A DNA stretch of 64,000 nucleotides from Paenibacillus suaedae (GCF_032337355.1 NZ_JAVYAA010000001.1:1253905-1317904), one strand, 5' to 3'. Positions 48,652-58,745 are shown, numbered from the stretch's first letter. Numbers and translations: made by a program. Notes: generated by a model not told the origin, from the sequence alone.

Positions 48652-50329
48652 GGAGTTAATGATCCAGAAACAACTGGGTACTGTGATGGAACATATCGAA
48701 GGATGTATAGCATGTCGCCTTCGGTTGGAGGCATGTATTGAGGAAGGCCAGATGTTGAAGGACGCACTATTTCATGCACAACCTGACGAGGATTTCACCG
48801 CGCAGGTCATGGCTGGTATTCTCTCTACTGACAGCGCTTCTATAGAGGAGCAACAAATTTCAGAAGATGGTGAGAATTACAGCGGGTGGTTCCGTCGGAA
48901 GCTGCGTATTCGTTGGCCACTGGTTACTGCCGCAGGATTACTGCTGGTTCTCCTCTCCATGAGTTTCGCGCAGCCGACGATTGCGAATTGGATTAAATCT
49001 TTGTTCAGCACGACGGATACTGTCGATGTAAGCTTGTTGCACTCGGAGAATTTAGGCATTCATCACTTTGCAAATATTAAGGTGAGTGACAAAGGATATA
49101 CGCTTGAGATCAAGGAAGTCGTTGTCGATACGGTCCGAGCACTCATTGCGTATCGTCTAACCGATCCAAGTGGAAAAGTGGTCAACGATATGTTTAATGC
49201 GGATTTGATTGCATTTACGGATGCGAATGGGAAGTCAATAGGTGCGCGTGTGACAGGACATGATTTTTTACCTGAGTTAAAAGAGAATGGATATGTTAAT
49301 TCTGGGTATTCTATTGCGAAAATAAGCTTCGTCAACACCCCAGAAACGGATATCATTCACATGAACGGCAACATTGACTATATTGGCCACACTTCGGAGA
49401 AACCTGAATTCTATAATTTTCTGCAAGGAAATTGGCGTTTTTCCATGGAGATCGACATCAAATTAGCGAGGAAGCAGTTTCAAATGATTCCACTACATGA
49501 CGCGAAATATATAGCGCCAGATGGCACACAGATTGCAGCTACGAAATTAATTTATCATGCCAGCGCATACCAAATTGAATTTCAAACCAGGATTTCTCCA
49601 GCTGCGGTACCTCCATCAGATCCCATTCATATGAATGACTACCACCAGTTAGGTTTTTACTTGGAGGATCAACATGGGAATAAGCTTGGTAGAGTGAATT
49701 ATGCGGCCAACGATAAGGATGAGGATTATCGCAGCACTCTAGACAATATGTACTGTCGTAATGACAACAAGGATTCGTCTGATTTAATCACCTGTATATA
49801 TACGATGTATAACATTAGGGACAACGTGCCTGATCCGGCTCGAATCGTTGTGAAGAATTACAACCTTCCCGTACATTCTTCGGAATCGGTTACGGTCAAT
49901 ATGAAGCAATTATCATCACATCCCGTTACTATGAAGGCGCAGGGAGATGTACTCGCAGTGATGAAAGTAGATGGATTTGCAGATTCACGGCCTTTTTTAG
50001 AACAGGGCAAAGGGACTTCGTTGAAACTAATCGTATCTGGCGTATTTCGTAATAACTTTAGGTATGATCAATGGGTAGCAACGGATGAAGCAGGTCAAGC
50101 TTATACACTATATATCAATGGGACTGGTGAGATGCATTACAAGAACGTTGAAGACGACCGCATGACACTTACATTAGAAGGAGGAAGACCTGAGGAGTCA
50201 CCATTCGCCCTCGTTGATGGCATGCAGCATATACCGAAGCAGCTCACACTTACACGAAAAGTTACTGATAAATTATTTACCGGCTTGGAGTGGAGTATTC
50301 TTTTGCCTGCTTGCACACAAGAGGACTAG
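48611..50329 (+). CDS. anti-sigma factor (N-terminal zf-HC2-like CxxC, single TM, large extracytoplasmic domain)
   Basis: HIEGCIACRLRLEAC, TM helix LVTAAGLLLVLLSM, overlap with the sigma gene. Confidence 0.6.
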   Translation: MHVAQNCINQERIEELMIQKQLGTVMEHIEGCIACRLRLEACIEEGQMLKDALFHAQPDEDFTAQVMAGILSTDSASIEEQQISEDGENYSGWFRRKLRIRWPLVTAAGLLLVLLSMSFAQPTIANWIKSLFSTTDTVDVSLLHSENLGIHHFANIKVSDKGYTLEIKEVVVDTVRALIAYRLTDPSGKVVNDMFNADLIAFTDANGKSIGARVTGHDFLPELKENGYVNSGYSIAKISFVNTPETDIIHMNGNIDYIGHTSEKPEFYNFLQGNWRFSMEIDIKLARKQFQMIPLHDAKYIAPDGTQIAATKLIYHASAYQIEFQTRISPAAVPPSDPIHMNDYHQLGFYLEDQHGNKLGRVNYAANDKDEDYRSTLDNMYCRNDNKDSSDLITCIYTMYNIRDNVPDPARIVVKNYNLPVHSSESVTVNMKQLSSHPVTMKAQGDVLAVMKVDGFADSRPFLEQGKGTSLKLIVSGVFRNNFRYDQWVATDEAGQAYTLYINGTGEMHYKNVEDDRMTLTLEGGRPEESPFALVDGMQHIPKQLTLTRKVTDKLFTGLEWSILLPACTQED

Positions 50330-50400
50330 CTCACTGCTGTTAAGCCTTGTATTGTACTATAAAAACAGTTTAACTTTTTTTATATGACCTTGTATGGTTA

Positions 50401-50419
50401 CTCTAACGGGTACGATAGT
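50401..50419 (+). repeat. array motif copy (ctctaacgggtacgatagt)
   Basis: Seen directly in the sequence. Confidence 0.55.
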
Positions 50420-50438
50420 TGACTAACACACTTTATTG

Positions 50439-50466
50439 AGCAGGCGACGATAGTCTGCTCTTTTTG
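50439..50466 (+). terminator. rho-independent terminator (gagcag-gcgacgatagt-ctgctc then TTTTT); its loop contains a motif-like gacgatag
   Basis: Seen directly in the sequence. Confidence 0.65.
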
Positions 50467-50470
50467 TTAA

Positions 50471-50488
50471 GCTAATCGGTAGGTTCGT
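50471..50488 (+). repeat. array motif copy (gctaatcggtaggttcgt)
   Basis: Seen directly in the sequence. Confidence 0.5.
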
Positions 50489-50801
50489 ATGAAAAGCCCC
50501 TACTTGTATTTATCTATGCGTAATGTTAATCTGAACAATAGAGATGCAAACAAAGGAGCATTAAACCTTATCATGTTGATTACTCTGTAAAGATTAACAA
50601 TTCGAAAAGATGCCTGTAATAGTGACTATACTATTTTATTTGGCATGCTTTTCTTTAATCTTACAGGGTATGCAGGGAAAGGTATATCATAAACCCATTC
50701 TGCGGATACCTGATGGTATCCGCTTTTATTTTCGCGGGAAACCGCATCTCTATTGATTCTTACCTGCTTATCCTCCTAATAACGAATGGAGGAACTATAT
50801 T

Positions 50802-51656
50802 ATGAGATCGAAGTTAGTCTTGATTGAGGGGTTGCCAGGATCCGGGAAAACAACAACTGCTGAACTAGTTCATGAAATTCTTACGGAAATGAACATTAAA
50901 TCTCAGCTGTTTTTAGAAGGAAATCAAGATCATCCTGCTGATTATGACGGAGTCGCCTTTTTTAAGAAAAATGAATTCGATGAATTATTGAGTACCCACG
51001 AAAAGTTCAAAGATTTGTTGAGTAATCGTATGATTAAAGATGGTAACAATTACTTCCTAGAATATCGGAAAGTAAAAAACGAATACGATTCACGTTTTCC
51101 AGATGAATTGCTACATGCAGTTTTCAAAAATGATGTGTATGAATTGTCACTAGATCTGAACAGGAAACTGATAACAGAGAAATGGAAGAAGTTTACGGAG
51201 AGTGTTTTGAATGGTACAGACACCTTTGTTTTTGATTGTTGTTTTATACAAAATCCTGTAACTATGGGGATGATTAAATATGCCGCAAAGAAGGAAGACG
51301 TTATAAGTTATGTCATAGAACTGGCAACAATTGTGGAGCAACTGAATCCATTGTTGATTTACGTAGAACAGAACGATTTTGAACTTTCTTTCAGAAAGGC
51401 TGTAAAAGAAAGACCTCAAGAATGGTCAGAGGGATTTATAGAATATTATACAAGCCAAGGGTATGGAAAAAAGCAGAGTTACAAAGGGTTAGAAGGAACT
51501 CTGCAGGTTCTTAAGGCAAGAAGGGAATTAGAAGAAGAAATATTTAATGGCTTACATATAGCTAAGAAAAAAGTGGACAACTCTTCCTATCATATTAACG
51601 ATTATAAGCAAGTTTTAGTGGGGATTTTATCAGAATATTTTGACGCAACAAACTAA
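50802..51656 (+). CDS. P-loop NTPase/kinase-like protein
   Basis: Walker A GLPGSGKTT at the N-terminus. RBS GGAGG. Confidence 0.55.
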   Translation: MRSKLVLIEGLPGSGKTTTAELVHEILTEMNIKSQLFLEGNQDHPADYDGVAFFKKNEFDELLSTHEKFKDLLSNRMIKDGNNYFLEYRKVKNEYDSRFPDELLHAVFKNDVYELSLDLNRKLITEKWKKFTESVLNGTDTFVFDCCFIQNPVTMGMIKYAAKKEDVISYVIELATIVEQLNPLLIYVEQNDFELSFRKAVKERPQEWSEGFIEYYTSQGYGKKQSYKGLEGTLQVLKARRELEEEIFNGLHIAKKKVDNSSYHINDYKQVLVGILSEYFDATN

Positions 51657-51670
51657 CGAGAATCTATTAC

Positions 51671-51690
51671 ACTAAACGGGACACGTTAAC
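51671..51690 (+). repeat. array motif copy (actaaacgggacacgttaac)
   Basis: Seen directly in the sequence. Confidence 0.5.
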
Positions 51691-51696
51691 GCAATG

Positions 51697-51748
51697 GAAC
51701 AGCGACAGTCTAGGACTTTATTTTCTCGTCCTAAGCTGTCGCTGTTCC
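51697..51748. repeat. long palindrome (21-bp arms ggaacagcgacagtctaggac / gtcctaagctgtcgctgttcc)
   Basis: Seen directly in the sequence. Confidence 0.65.
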
Positions 51749-51777
51749 AGCTTCTCAGGTCAGTCTAACAGCGTCCG

Positions 51778-52401
51778 TTATTTATTGTCCGCCTCTGCCA
51801 GAGAGAGTAGATATTCTGCCACATTCACAGGCACTTTAGAGTAGAACTTACGGATGGGGGCAAGGGAAGGTAGAGGTTCCATTACCATATAGTATCCATC
51901 CTTATTTTTGTATAACGTGTTTCGGCTGGTTTCGTAAAGTTCCCCCGTATTGTTGCCAAACACGGTTTTCGTCTTTTCCGACCACGTTACATAGACAAGC
52001 AAGTCCTTCGCATCTTCCGGGATGGAACGAAGGTATTTCCAACGCTCAATATGGAGGTTTTTTGTAAATTCGAAGATTTGCTTATTGTCTGTGATCGTAT
52101 GCAATCGACTGCCATCGGTAATGGAGTGAACTTCTATTTTCTGTTTTTTTTGTGCCATACGATCCTTGACATCGTCCCATTCTATATTTTGCACATCTTC
52201 ATCATCCTCAATCTCTGTAGCGACTTCGTCCCAGACAGCGTTTTGTACGGTCTCATTCACGAAATTGGCTGTATCTTCTAATTCCTCAAGACCTTGGACA
52301 CTTTCTACAATCTGGTTTGTTATTATGCCTGATGAACAACCGCCCAGAAGCAATGCTGCCGCCAGTCCGCCAATCAGGAGTATATTTTTCTTGTTACGCA
52401 T
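51778..52401 (-). CDS. lipoprotein, hypothetical
   Basis: RBS GGGGGAT. Lipobox LLGGCSSG. The tracked upstream extension is likely spurious. Confidence 0.55.
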   Translation of the reverse strand: MRNKKNILLIGGLAAALLLGGCSSGIITNQIVESVQGLEELEDTANFVNETVQNAVWDEVATEIEDDEDVQNIEWDDVKDRMAQKKQKIEVHSITDGSRLHTITDNKQIFEFTKNLHIERWKYLRSIPEDAKDLLVYVTWSEKTKTVFGNNTGELYETSRNTLYKNKDGYYMVMEPLPSLAPIRKFYSKVPVNVAEYLLSLAEADNK

Positions 52402-52476
52402 CGTTATCCCCCGTTCCTTTTTTGCCAAACTAATAATCAATAACCTACAAACAAAATCGTTCGCACACAAAAGAGT

Positions 52477-52512
52477 GCTGCAACCATTCAGATTGTAGCA
52501 CTCGATCCTTTT
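52477..52512 (-). terminator. rho-independent terminator after the kinase gene
   Basis: gagtgct...agcactc with a T tract on the minus strand. Confidence 0.5.
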
Positions 52513-52560
52513 GAGATTATGCACTTGTAAAAAATCGACGGGGTTTTTGTCAAAATTGGG

Positions 52561-53862
52561 TTACCTGTCATACAAAGCAATCCGAACTAGGAAAGAATGG
52601 TTTGAGCTTTCTACATCCATGGTGCCAAGTTCATCCACGGCTTTTTTCACGTTCTTTAATCCTAATCCATGGAAAAACGGTTCGTTCTTCGTAGACACAG
52701 GCAATCCGTTGTCCCATTTCTGAATGGGGCTCGCTGAATTCTCAATGCGGATGAATAGCGTGTGGTTGATGTAGGACAGGTTGATGCGAACCCAACGCTC
52801 CCCACTCTGTAATTCCCTGCACGCCTCTCTCGCATTATCCATCAGATTCCCAACGATAATGACGGCTTGTTCAAATGACAGCTTTAAGCTAGAAGGTACA
52901 TGAATATCTGTCTCGACGGATACGCCCTCGTGGAGCATTTCGGCGATTTTGATGTTCAATATGGAATCCAAGTATTGGTTCCCGGTTGAAATCACGGTTT
53001 CAATTTCTTTGAGCTGACCGGATGCAGCGTTTAAAAAGCCAATGAGTTCGTTGTTGTTGTCCTGCTTTGCCGCCAGCTGCTCGGCAGTTCGGATATAATT
53101 CCCCATATCATGATGCAGTGCCCGAACCTGCTGATGGGCGGCCTCTAGTTCCTTGTAATACCTATGCTGTAATTGCACCTGCTGTTCCAGCATGGTGTTC
53201 TCCCGTTCTGTATGCATTAGGGTAGAGAATTTATCAAAAACCACAAACAGCGAAAGGTTAATGAACAAAAATATGAGACTAATTGGAATTTCCACGGTCA
53301 GCGAGTAGGGATCCTCCCTGTTAGAAATATAATATTCCATAACGCCTAGCGCTGCCGTACTGGCTACGGTAATGGCCATAAGTAAAAGCCAAAGATGAAA
53401 AGGGATAGACCACTGTTTCCCTTTGTCCGTTTTTCGGATAAGTTCCAATAACAGATAAAAACCTACGTGACATAGAATAAGTGTTAGCCAAATGCTCTTA
53501 TCTTCGATTGGTGTAACGATCAAATCGTATAATAGAATCCAGAAATAGGATACCGTTAAAAGTATCCCAATATATAACACCTTTTTTTGGCGATTCGACG
53601 GATAGCATAGTAAAAAGAACATACTGCATAGTACGGTGATGGGTGGAAGCGCCGCAGGGCGGACGGGATTCAGAATCATTCGCAAACCGCATGTTATAGC
53701 CAGCATTGCAATAGCGGCTGCTGCATACAGCTTGATGTGATTGATCCGAGCCTCTCCAAACACTTTGGTAAAGAGACGCAGTATAAATAGAATCTCGATC
53801 ATGCTAAGAACGACTTCAAGCCCAAAAATGATCGCATCGGTAGTTGTCTGAAAATAAGTCAT
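52561..53862 (-). CDS. HPK10-type (AgrC/ComD-like) polytopic sensor histidine kinase
   Basis: Six or more N-terminal TM helices. H-box LHHDMGNYI fits RHDxxNhL. HATPase GLGLKNV. Confidence 0.65.
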   Translation of the reverse strand: MTYFQTTTDAIIFGLEVVLSMIEILFILRLFTKVFGEARINHIKLYAAAAIAMLAITCGLRMILNPVRPAALPPITVLCSMFFLLCYPSNRQKKVLYIGILLTVSYFWILLYDLIVTPIEDKSIWLTLILCHVGFYLLLELIRKTDKGKQWSIPFHLWLLLMAITVASTAALGVMEYYISNREDPYSLTVEIPISLIFLFINLSLFVVFDKFSTLMHTERENTMLEQQVQLQHRYYKELEAAHQQVRALHHDMGNYIRTAEQLAAKQDNNNELIGFLNAASGQLKEIETVISTGNQYLDSILNIKIAEMLHEGVSVETDIHVPSSLKLSFEQAVIIVGNLMDNAREACRELQSGERWVRINLSYINHTLFIRIENSASPIQKWDNGLPVSTKNEPFFHGLGLKNVKKAVDELGTMDVESSNHSFLVRIALYDR

Positions 53863-54578
53863 GGATTGCCGCTTCTCCGTTCTATGAAGGACAGATGTGC
53901 TTGTTTCACCTCGTTCAGATAGCGCTTGCTGATCGGCAATTGTGCTTCGTTTTGCAAATGAATAGCCATTTTGTTAATGGAGCGGATGTACTCCATATTC
54001 ACTAAGAATGAGGCGTGAATCCGGCAAAACAGATTCGTATCCAGCCCAGACAGGATGTCCGCGATTTTTCCGTAAAACTCATAGGTATCTCGATTGGTAT
54101 GGATAATTACCCTTCTTCCTGCCCCTTCAAAATAAAGAATGTCACTGCAGCGAAGCTGGTATTTGTCATGCCCGATCTGAAAAAAGAATAGCTGCTTCGA
54201 CACTTTGATGTGTTCCGCAGCGTCCAGCAAGATGGGGGACAACTTTTGAGTAGTTACAGGCTTTCTTAAAAAGCGAAACGGCAAAACTTCAAAAACTTCA
54301 TATACATATTCTTTATGGTCTGTGATAAAGATAATGATCGCATTTCGATCCTGCTCCCGGATAACCGAAGCAATTTCAATTCCATTTTGGCCAGGCATTT
54401 CAATATCAAGCAGATAAATATGATAATGTGACCCGGCCTGCAAGCATCTTAGCAAGTCAGCGCCACTATAATACACATCGCTGGAGAATTCCATTCCGGA
54501 CATGTTTGAAAGTAGATCCTCAATATCATTTGCAACATTTCTATCATTATCACATATTGCTACGTTCATTACAGCCAC
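53859..54578 (-). CDS. LytTR-family response regulator (AgrA/ComE-like)
   Basis: Receiver domain plus C-terminal LytTR (FCRIHASFLVN). ATGA overlap with the kinase. Confidence 0.75.
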   Translation of the reverse strand: MAVMNVAICDNDRNVANDIEDLLSNMSGMEFSSDVYYSGADLLRCLQAGSHYHIYLLDIEMPGQNGIEIASVIREQDRNAIIIFITDHKEYVYEVFEVLPFRFLRKPVTTQKLSPILLDAAEHIKVSKQLFFFQIGHDKYQLRCSDILYFEGAGRRVIIHTNRDTYEFYGKIADILSGLDTNLFCRIHASFLVNMEYIRSINKMAIHLQNEAQLPISKRYLNEVKQAHLSFIERRSGNP

Positions 54579-54756
54579 TCCATTAATAACCTGATAACTT
54601 GATTCTATAATATTTTTAGGAAGCCTACAATTTTGTTACATATAGATAGTTCATATTATGTTTACAAATCTCTTAGGAGAATATTGCCTTCTGATAGGTT
54701 AAGCGCTATAATCGGTAGGGTTTGTAGATCTACATATATGCTATAAAGGGGGAATC

Positions 54757-56151
54757 TTGGTGAAGACTAGCAAATGGGATAAGATCAAACGTAGTCTGGC
54801 CAGCGGTCTAGTTGCTTCAGTTGCAATGCTCGGATTTGTCATTCCGGCACAGGCGAATCAAGCGCCGGTCGAAGCTCCGCAAGTAAGTTCTTGGTCGATC
54901 AGCGTTCTGAATGAGGGAGAAAAGTACGGAATTTTCCCACTGACGTGGTACACAGACGGTACTTTCCAACAGCCAATATCAACGGATAAGTTCCAAGCAC
55001 TCTTGAAGGCAACTTCTGCGAAGCTGGATGCACTGGAATTAAAGAGAAAGAATACGTTCACTGTACCAGCAACCGAGAAAGTCATTACGAGAGAATCGGT
55101 CATTAATGCAGTATATGGTGTATTGGATCAATACGAATTGCCAGAATCGATGAACATTGGCACGGACGAGCCGGTTGCTTTCTTCCAGAAGAAAGGGATC
55201 GTTAACGGTACAGGCAAAGGCCTTGATCTAGACAAGCCAAGTACGGTTGAGCAAGCGGTTGTTATGGCAAGCCGTCTTGTAGAGTACACGTATGATGCTG
55301 TTGACGGTGGAGCGAAGGGGCTTCTGTGGAAGGCAACGAAAGGGCAAAACACACTTTACATGCTCGGATCGATTCATGTCGGCACTCCTGAAATGTATCC
55401 GATGAAGAAGAGTGTGCGGGATGCTTTCAAGCAGGCAGATTCGTTGTGGGTTGAAGTTAATTTGCTAGGCAACAAAGATATGGACTACTTCACACAATCG
55501 ATGGCGTATGCAGACGGTACAACATTGAAGGATCATGTCTCGAAGGAAACCTATGCGAAGCTGCAACAGGTATTGGAGCAAATGCAGCTGCCGAAGGATG
55601 TCTTTGACGGCTTCAAGCCATGGGCCGTATCGAATAGCCTTACGCTTGCTGGCATGACTGGGGCCGCAGAAGAGATGGCGCAAGCTGCTGCGCTTGGCAT
55701 TGATTCCTACTTCACCAATTCGGCAGTGCTTACTGGCAAGACAATTCATGAGCTGGAAGGCTTAAAGTTCCAAGCTGATGTCTTCAGTAAGGTTCCAGCT
55801 GCGACACAAGAGAAGGAATTGAATGATGCATTGGATCACGTGCTGACACCGACAGGCAAGCCGGATGAGTCCATGGAGCTGTTACAATCTTGGCAGAAGC
55901 TGTGGGTGAAGGCGGATCTAGATCAGTTCACGAAATCCTTCATTAGCACGGAAGAGATGACACAAACTGATTCGGCAAAGCGCTTGTTTGGCGAACGCGA
56001 CAAGAACATGGCGAAGAAGCTGATGGAGCTGTTGGATAAAGAAGGCTCCGCGACGCACTTTGTCGTTGTAGGTGCAGGCCATTACGTGATCCAAGATATG
56101 GTCGTTGATCAGTTGAAGGCGAACGGGTATCAAGTAGAATTCGTGAAATAG
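54757..56151 (+). CDS. secreted TraB/GumN family protein
   Basis: LLWKATKGQNTLYMLGSIHVG motif. Signal peptide. Confidence 0.6.
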   Translation: MVKTSKWDKIKRSLASGLVASVAMLGFVIPAQANQAPVEAPQVSSWSISVLNEGEKYGIFPLTWYTDGTFQQPISTDKFQALLKATSAKLDALELKRKNTFTVPATEKVITRESVINAVYGVLDQYELPESMNIGTDEPVAFFQKKGIVNGTGKGLDLDKPSTVEQAVVMASRLVEYTYDAVDGGAKGLLWKATKGQNTLYMLGSIHVGTPEMYPMKKSVRDAFKQADSLWVEVNLLGNKDMDYFTQSMAYADGTTLKDHVSKETYAKLQQVLEQMQLPKDVFDGFKPWAVSNSLTLAGMTGAAEEMAQAAALGIDSYFTNSAVLTGKTIHELEGLKFQADVFSKVPAATQEKELNDALDHVLTPTGKPDESMELLQSWQKLWVKADLDQFTKSFISTEEMTQTDSAKRLFGERDKNMAKKLMELLDKEGSATHFVVVGAGHYVIQDMVVDQLKANGYQVEFVK

Positions 56152-56236
56152 AATAGTGGAATAGAGAGGCTTATCCTTATGTCACTGACTGGTGGCGAGG
56201 ATAGGCCTCTTTTTCTACGATATTCGGGGGGATATC

Positions 56237-56689
56237 ATGATCGTTTATGATGATTATATGATCGTAGATTTTAATGAAAATAAGGATCTTGAAGCATCGG
56301 TTCTCTATTCCTTTTTGTCAGAAGACGACCAACTTTTATTTGGTGAATATATTTACGGCTTGTCACCAGAGCTCATAGAAGAAAGAACCGTGTTAACTAG
56401 TGCAGAATGGATTTTCGATTGGTTGCCAGATCCGCAAAAACAAATTCGATGGTATGCACCTAAATCGAAAGAAGAACTTAAGCAATTTTTCTTGGAAACG
56501 TTGTATCCTCCTTATCATTGTGTTGTGCTTTCCAGAAATAAAGGAATCAAAGACTATAAATATATATTATTTGCATATGAACATGCTCAATATCATGATG
56601 AAGAGTGTACGGCACTTCTTGTAATGAGGGAAAAGGAAGAAGGAAGCTTCGTAAGAGATATCGCTCCTCTGATTGAATCATTATCGTGA
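56237..56689 (+). CDS. hypothetical protein, paralog of 12635-13156
   Basis: RBS GGGGGGAT. Shared C-terminal block. Confidence 0.5.
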   Translation: MIVYDDYMIVDFNENKDLEASVLYSFLSEDDQLLFGEYIYGLSPELIEERTVLTSAEWIFDWLPDPQKQIRWYAPKSKEELKQFFLETLYPPYHCVVLSRNKGIKDYKYILFAYEHAQYHDEECTALLVMREKEEGSFVRDIAPLIESLS

Positions 56690-56744
56690 ATATTCAATAT
56701 GGTGACATGATGTGCTGATTGCTTTTGCTTTACAGGCATCCTTC

Positions 56745-56805
56745 AACAAAAAAGAACGGATCGATTGCCCTCAAAGGATGAGAGCATCGGTCTGTTCTTT
56801 ATTTA
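56745..56805. terminator. bidirectional terminator
   Basis: agaacggatcgat...atcggtctgttct flanked by A and T tracts. Confidence 0.6.
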
Positions 56806-56842
56806 CTGCTTATTCCCATTTCAATCCGTATTCATCTCTAAA

Positions 56843-57460
56843 TTAATTCGCTTGATTGATGCACAATGACTGAAGATGCTCATTCAGAATTCGCTCAACA
56901 CGCTCGACTTGCAAGCGCTGCGGCTGAAGGATGAGGTGAAGGGCGAGCCCATCAAGTAGCGCATATAATTTCTCAATTTCAATCTCATAGTCGAGATCTG
57001 GCTTGGCCAACTTCTTCTCCTGCAGCAGGTCTATCACGTATTTGGTAACATAATAAATCCCATCGTTCAACTCATTGCTTAAGTGCTGAAGCTCGGTATG
57101 CGTGATCGTCTTGGAGGTGAAGGACAGCCATGCTTCCATTTCGGTTCTTCGGTCTTCGTCGATAGGCAGGAACTGCATCAGAAGCTGAAGCAGGCTGGGA
57201 AGTATTCGATCATCGAGCACAAGCGTGGATAACCGTTCCTCCACCTGCTCGCGGAAAATATTCATGCAAAAGGCAAATAGCTCAACTTGTGAAGAAAAAT
57301 AATGACGCAAGGAACCAACAGATAATCCTGCTTCTATCGCGACCGTTCGAACGGTTGCATGATCAAGCCCCTCGCGCTGAATGACGCGTATAGCCGCTTC
57401 GGCAACAAGTCTTTTTCGTTTTTCATGATCAACAATTTTTGGCATGTCCCTATTATACAC
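56843..57460 (-). CDS. TetR family transcriptional regulator
   Basis: HTH TVRTVAIEAGLSVGSLRHYF. Confidence 0.8.
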   Translation of the reverse strand: MYNRDMPKIVDHEKRKRLVAEAAIRVIQREGLDHATVRTVAIEAGLSVGSLRHYFSSQVELFAFCMNIFREQVEERLSTLVLDDRILPSLLQLLMQFLPIDEDRRTEMEAWLSFTSKTITHTELQHLSNELNDGIYYVTKYVIDLLQEKKLAKPDLDYEIEIEKLYALLDGLALHLILQPQRLQVERVERILNEHLQSLCINQAN

Positions 57461-57539
57461 ACTTTACCGTTTTTATACAGCATGGTATACTCCTTTTTAA
57501 TACATTGTACTAAATAAATAGAGAAGGAAGGGATACGGC

Positions 57540-58586
57540 ATGCCGAGCGAGCTCATAAGCAACACGACCAAAGGGAAGGCACGTTGGAAAAAAGGGTTAT
57601 TGTTTTCTTTTTTGTTCCTCATCATTCTGATTGGTTCAGGATTTGTGTATGAAATGATTGCTTCGAAGCTCGGAGAGCAAGCCTTCCCTATGCAGGGCAA
57701 GCTTATTCAGATTGACTCTGGCAATTACCAGCTTCATCTGCAGCGTACTGGCGAAAGTCGGAAAGGTGTTCCTACCATCATCATGGAAGCGGGAAGCGGG
57801 GAGACGAGTCTATCTTGGGGGGACATCCCCGCACAGCTTGCTCCATTTGCCACTGTCGTGACGTATGATCGTGCAGGTTATGCCTGGAGTACGAAGGCAC
57901 GTACGGAACGAACAGGAGAACATATAGTGAGGGAACTGCATGAAGCACTCGACAAAGAAGGAATTAAGGGGCCTTACATCCTAGTTGGGCATTCCTTAGG
58001 CGGCATGTATGCACGATTATTTGCTCAGACCTATCGGGAAGAAGTGACCGGGTTAGTGTTAATTGACGCTAGAACAGAAGATTACATGCGGGAGACAGCA
58101 TCAATCTATGCGCAGGAAACCAATCAAGAAAGGCCATCCGCTTTCTTACTTGGACTTATGAAGAGCTCAGGCGTGCTGCGCCTGTTCCAAGATTCCTTGC
58201 TGGAAGGGCTGGTTGCAAAGGAAAAGCGTTCGCAGTTCATCAATGTGATTGCGAAGCCAAGCTATTTCGAAGCCGTTGAGGAGGAAGCGAAGCTGCTTGG
58301 GAGCACGGAAGATGTGATTCGTGGACAGAAGCTGGGAGGTATGCCGGTAAGAGTGATTCCACGAGGAATTCCACACCCTTTCTCAAATGCGGGCATTTCC
58401 GAACAGGGCGCGAAGAAGCTTGAGGAAATCTGGCAGGCAGGCCAACGGAGAATGCTGGACATTTCAACGAATAGCAAGCTGATTGTGGCGACGAAGAGCG
58501 GGCATATGGTCATCAATGATGAACCACAGCTGGTGGTGGACGTTACGAAGGAAGTTCTGTCATTGACTACCGCAACAAAAAACTAA
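57540..58586 (+). CDS. alpha/beta hydrolase
   Basis: GHSLGG nucleophile elbow. N-terminal TM helix. Confidence 0.7.
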   Translation: MPSELISNTTKGKARWKKGLLFSFLFLIILIGSGFVYEMIASKLGEQAFPMQGKLIQIDSGNYQLHLQRTGESRKGVPTIIMEAGSGETSLSWGDIPAQLAPFATVVTYDRAGYAWSTKARTERTGEHIVRELHEALDKEGIKGPYILVGHSLGGMYARLFAQTYREEVTGLVLIDARTEDYMRETASIYAQETNQERPSAFLLGLMKSSGVLRLFQDSLLEGLVAKEKRSQFINVIAKPSYFEAVEEEAKLLGSTEDVIRGQKLGGMPVRVIPRGIPHPFSNAGISEQGAKKLEEIWQAGQRRMLDISTNSKLIVATKSGHMVINDEPQLVVDVTKEVLSLTTATKN

Positions 58587-58703
58587 GAATCACATGCTAT
58601 ATGCAACGGCACCATACGCTACAAAAGATGGGGCAATTATGATTAATCGATCAATTGGTGTTGATATGTAGGGATATATTGCAGGGATATATTGCAGGGA
58701 TAT

Positions 58704-58745
58704 AAAAAGGTCAGGATACAGCGGATTGCTGCGTTCCTGACCTTG
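58704..58745 (-). terminator. rho-independent terminator of the peptidase/ABC operon
   Basis: ggtcagga...tcctgacc with a T tract on the minus strand. Confidence 0.7.

Noticed and set aside
58669-58709. Possible CRISPR array
   Set aside because: There are only about 2.7 directly abutting 13-bp units with no spacers and no cas genes. No other regularly spaced repeat array is present in the window.
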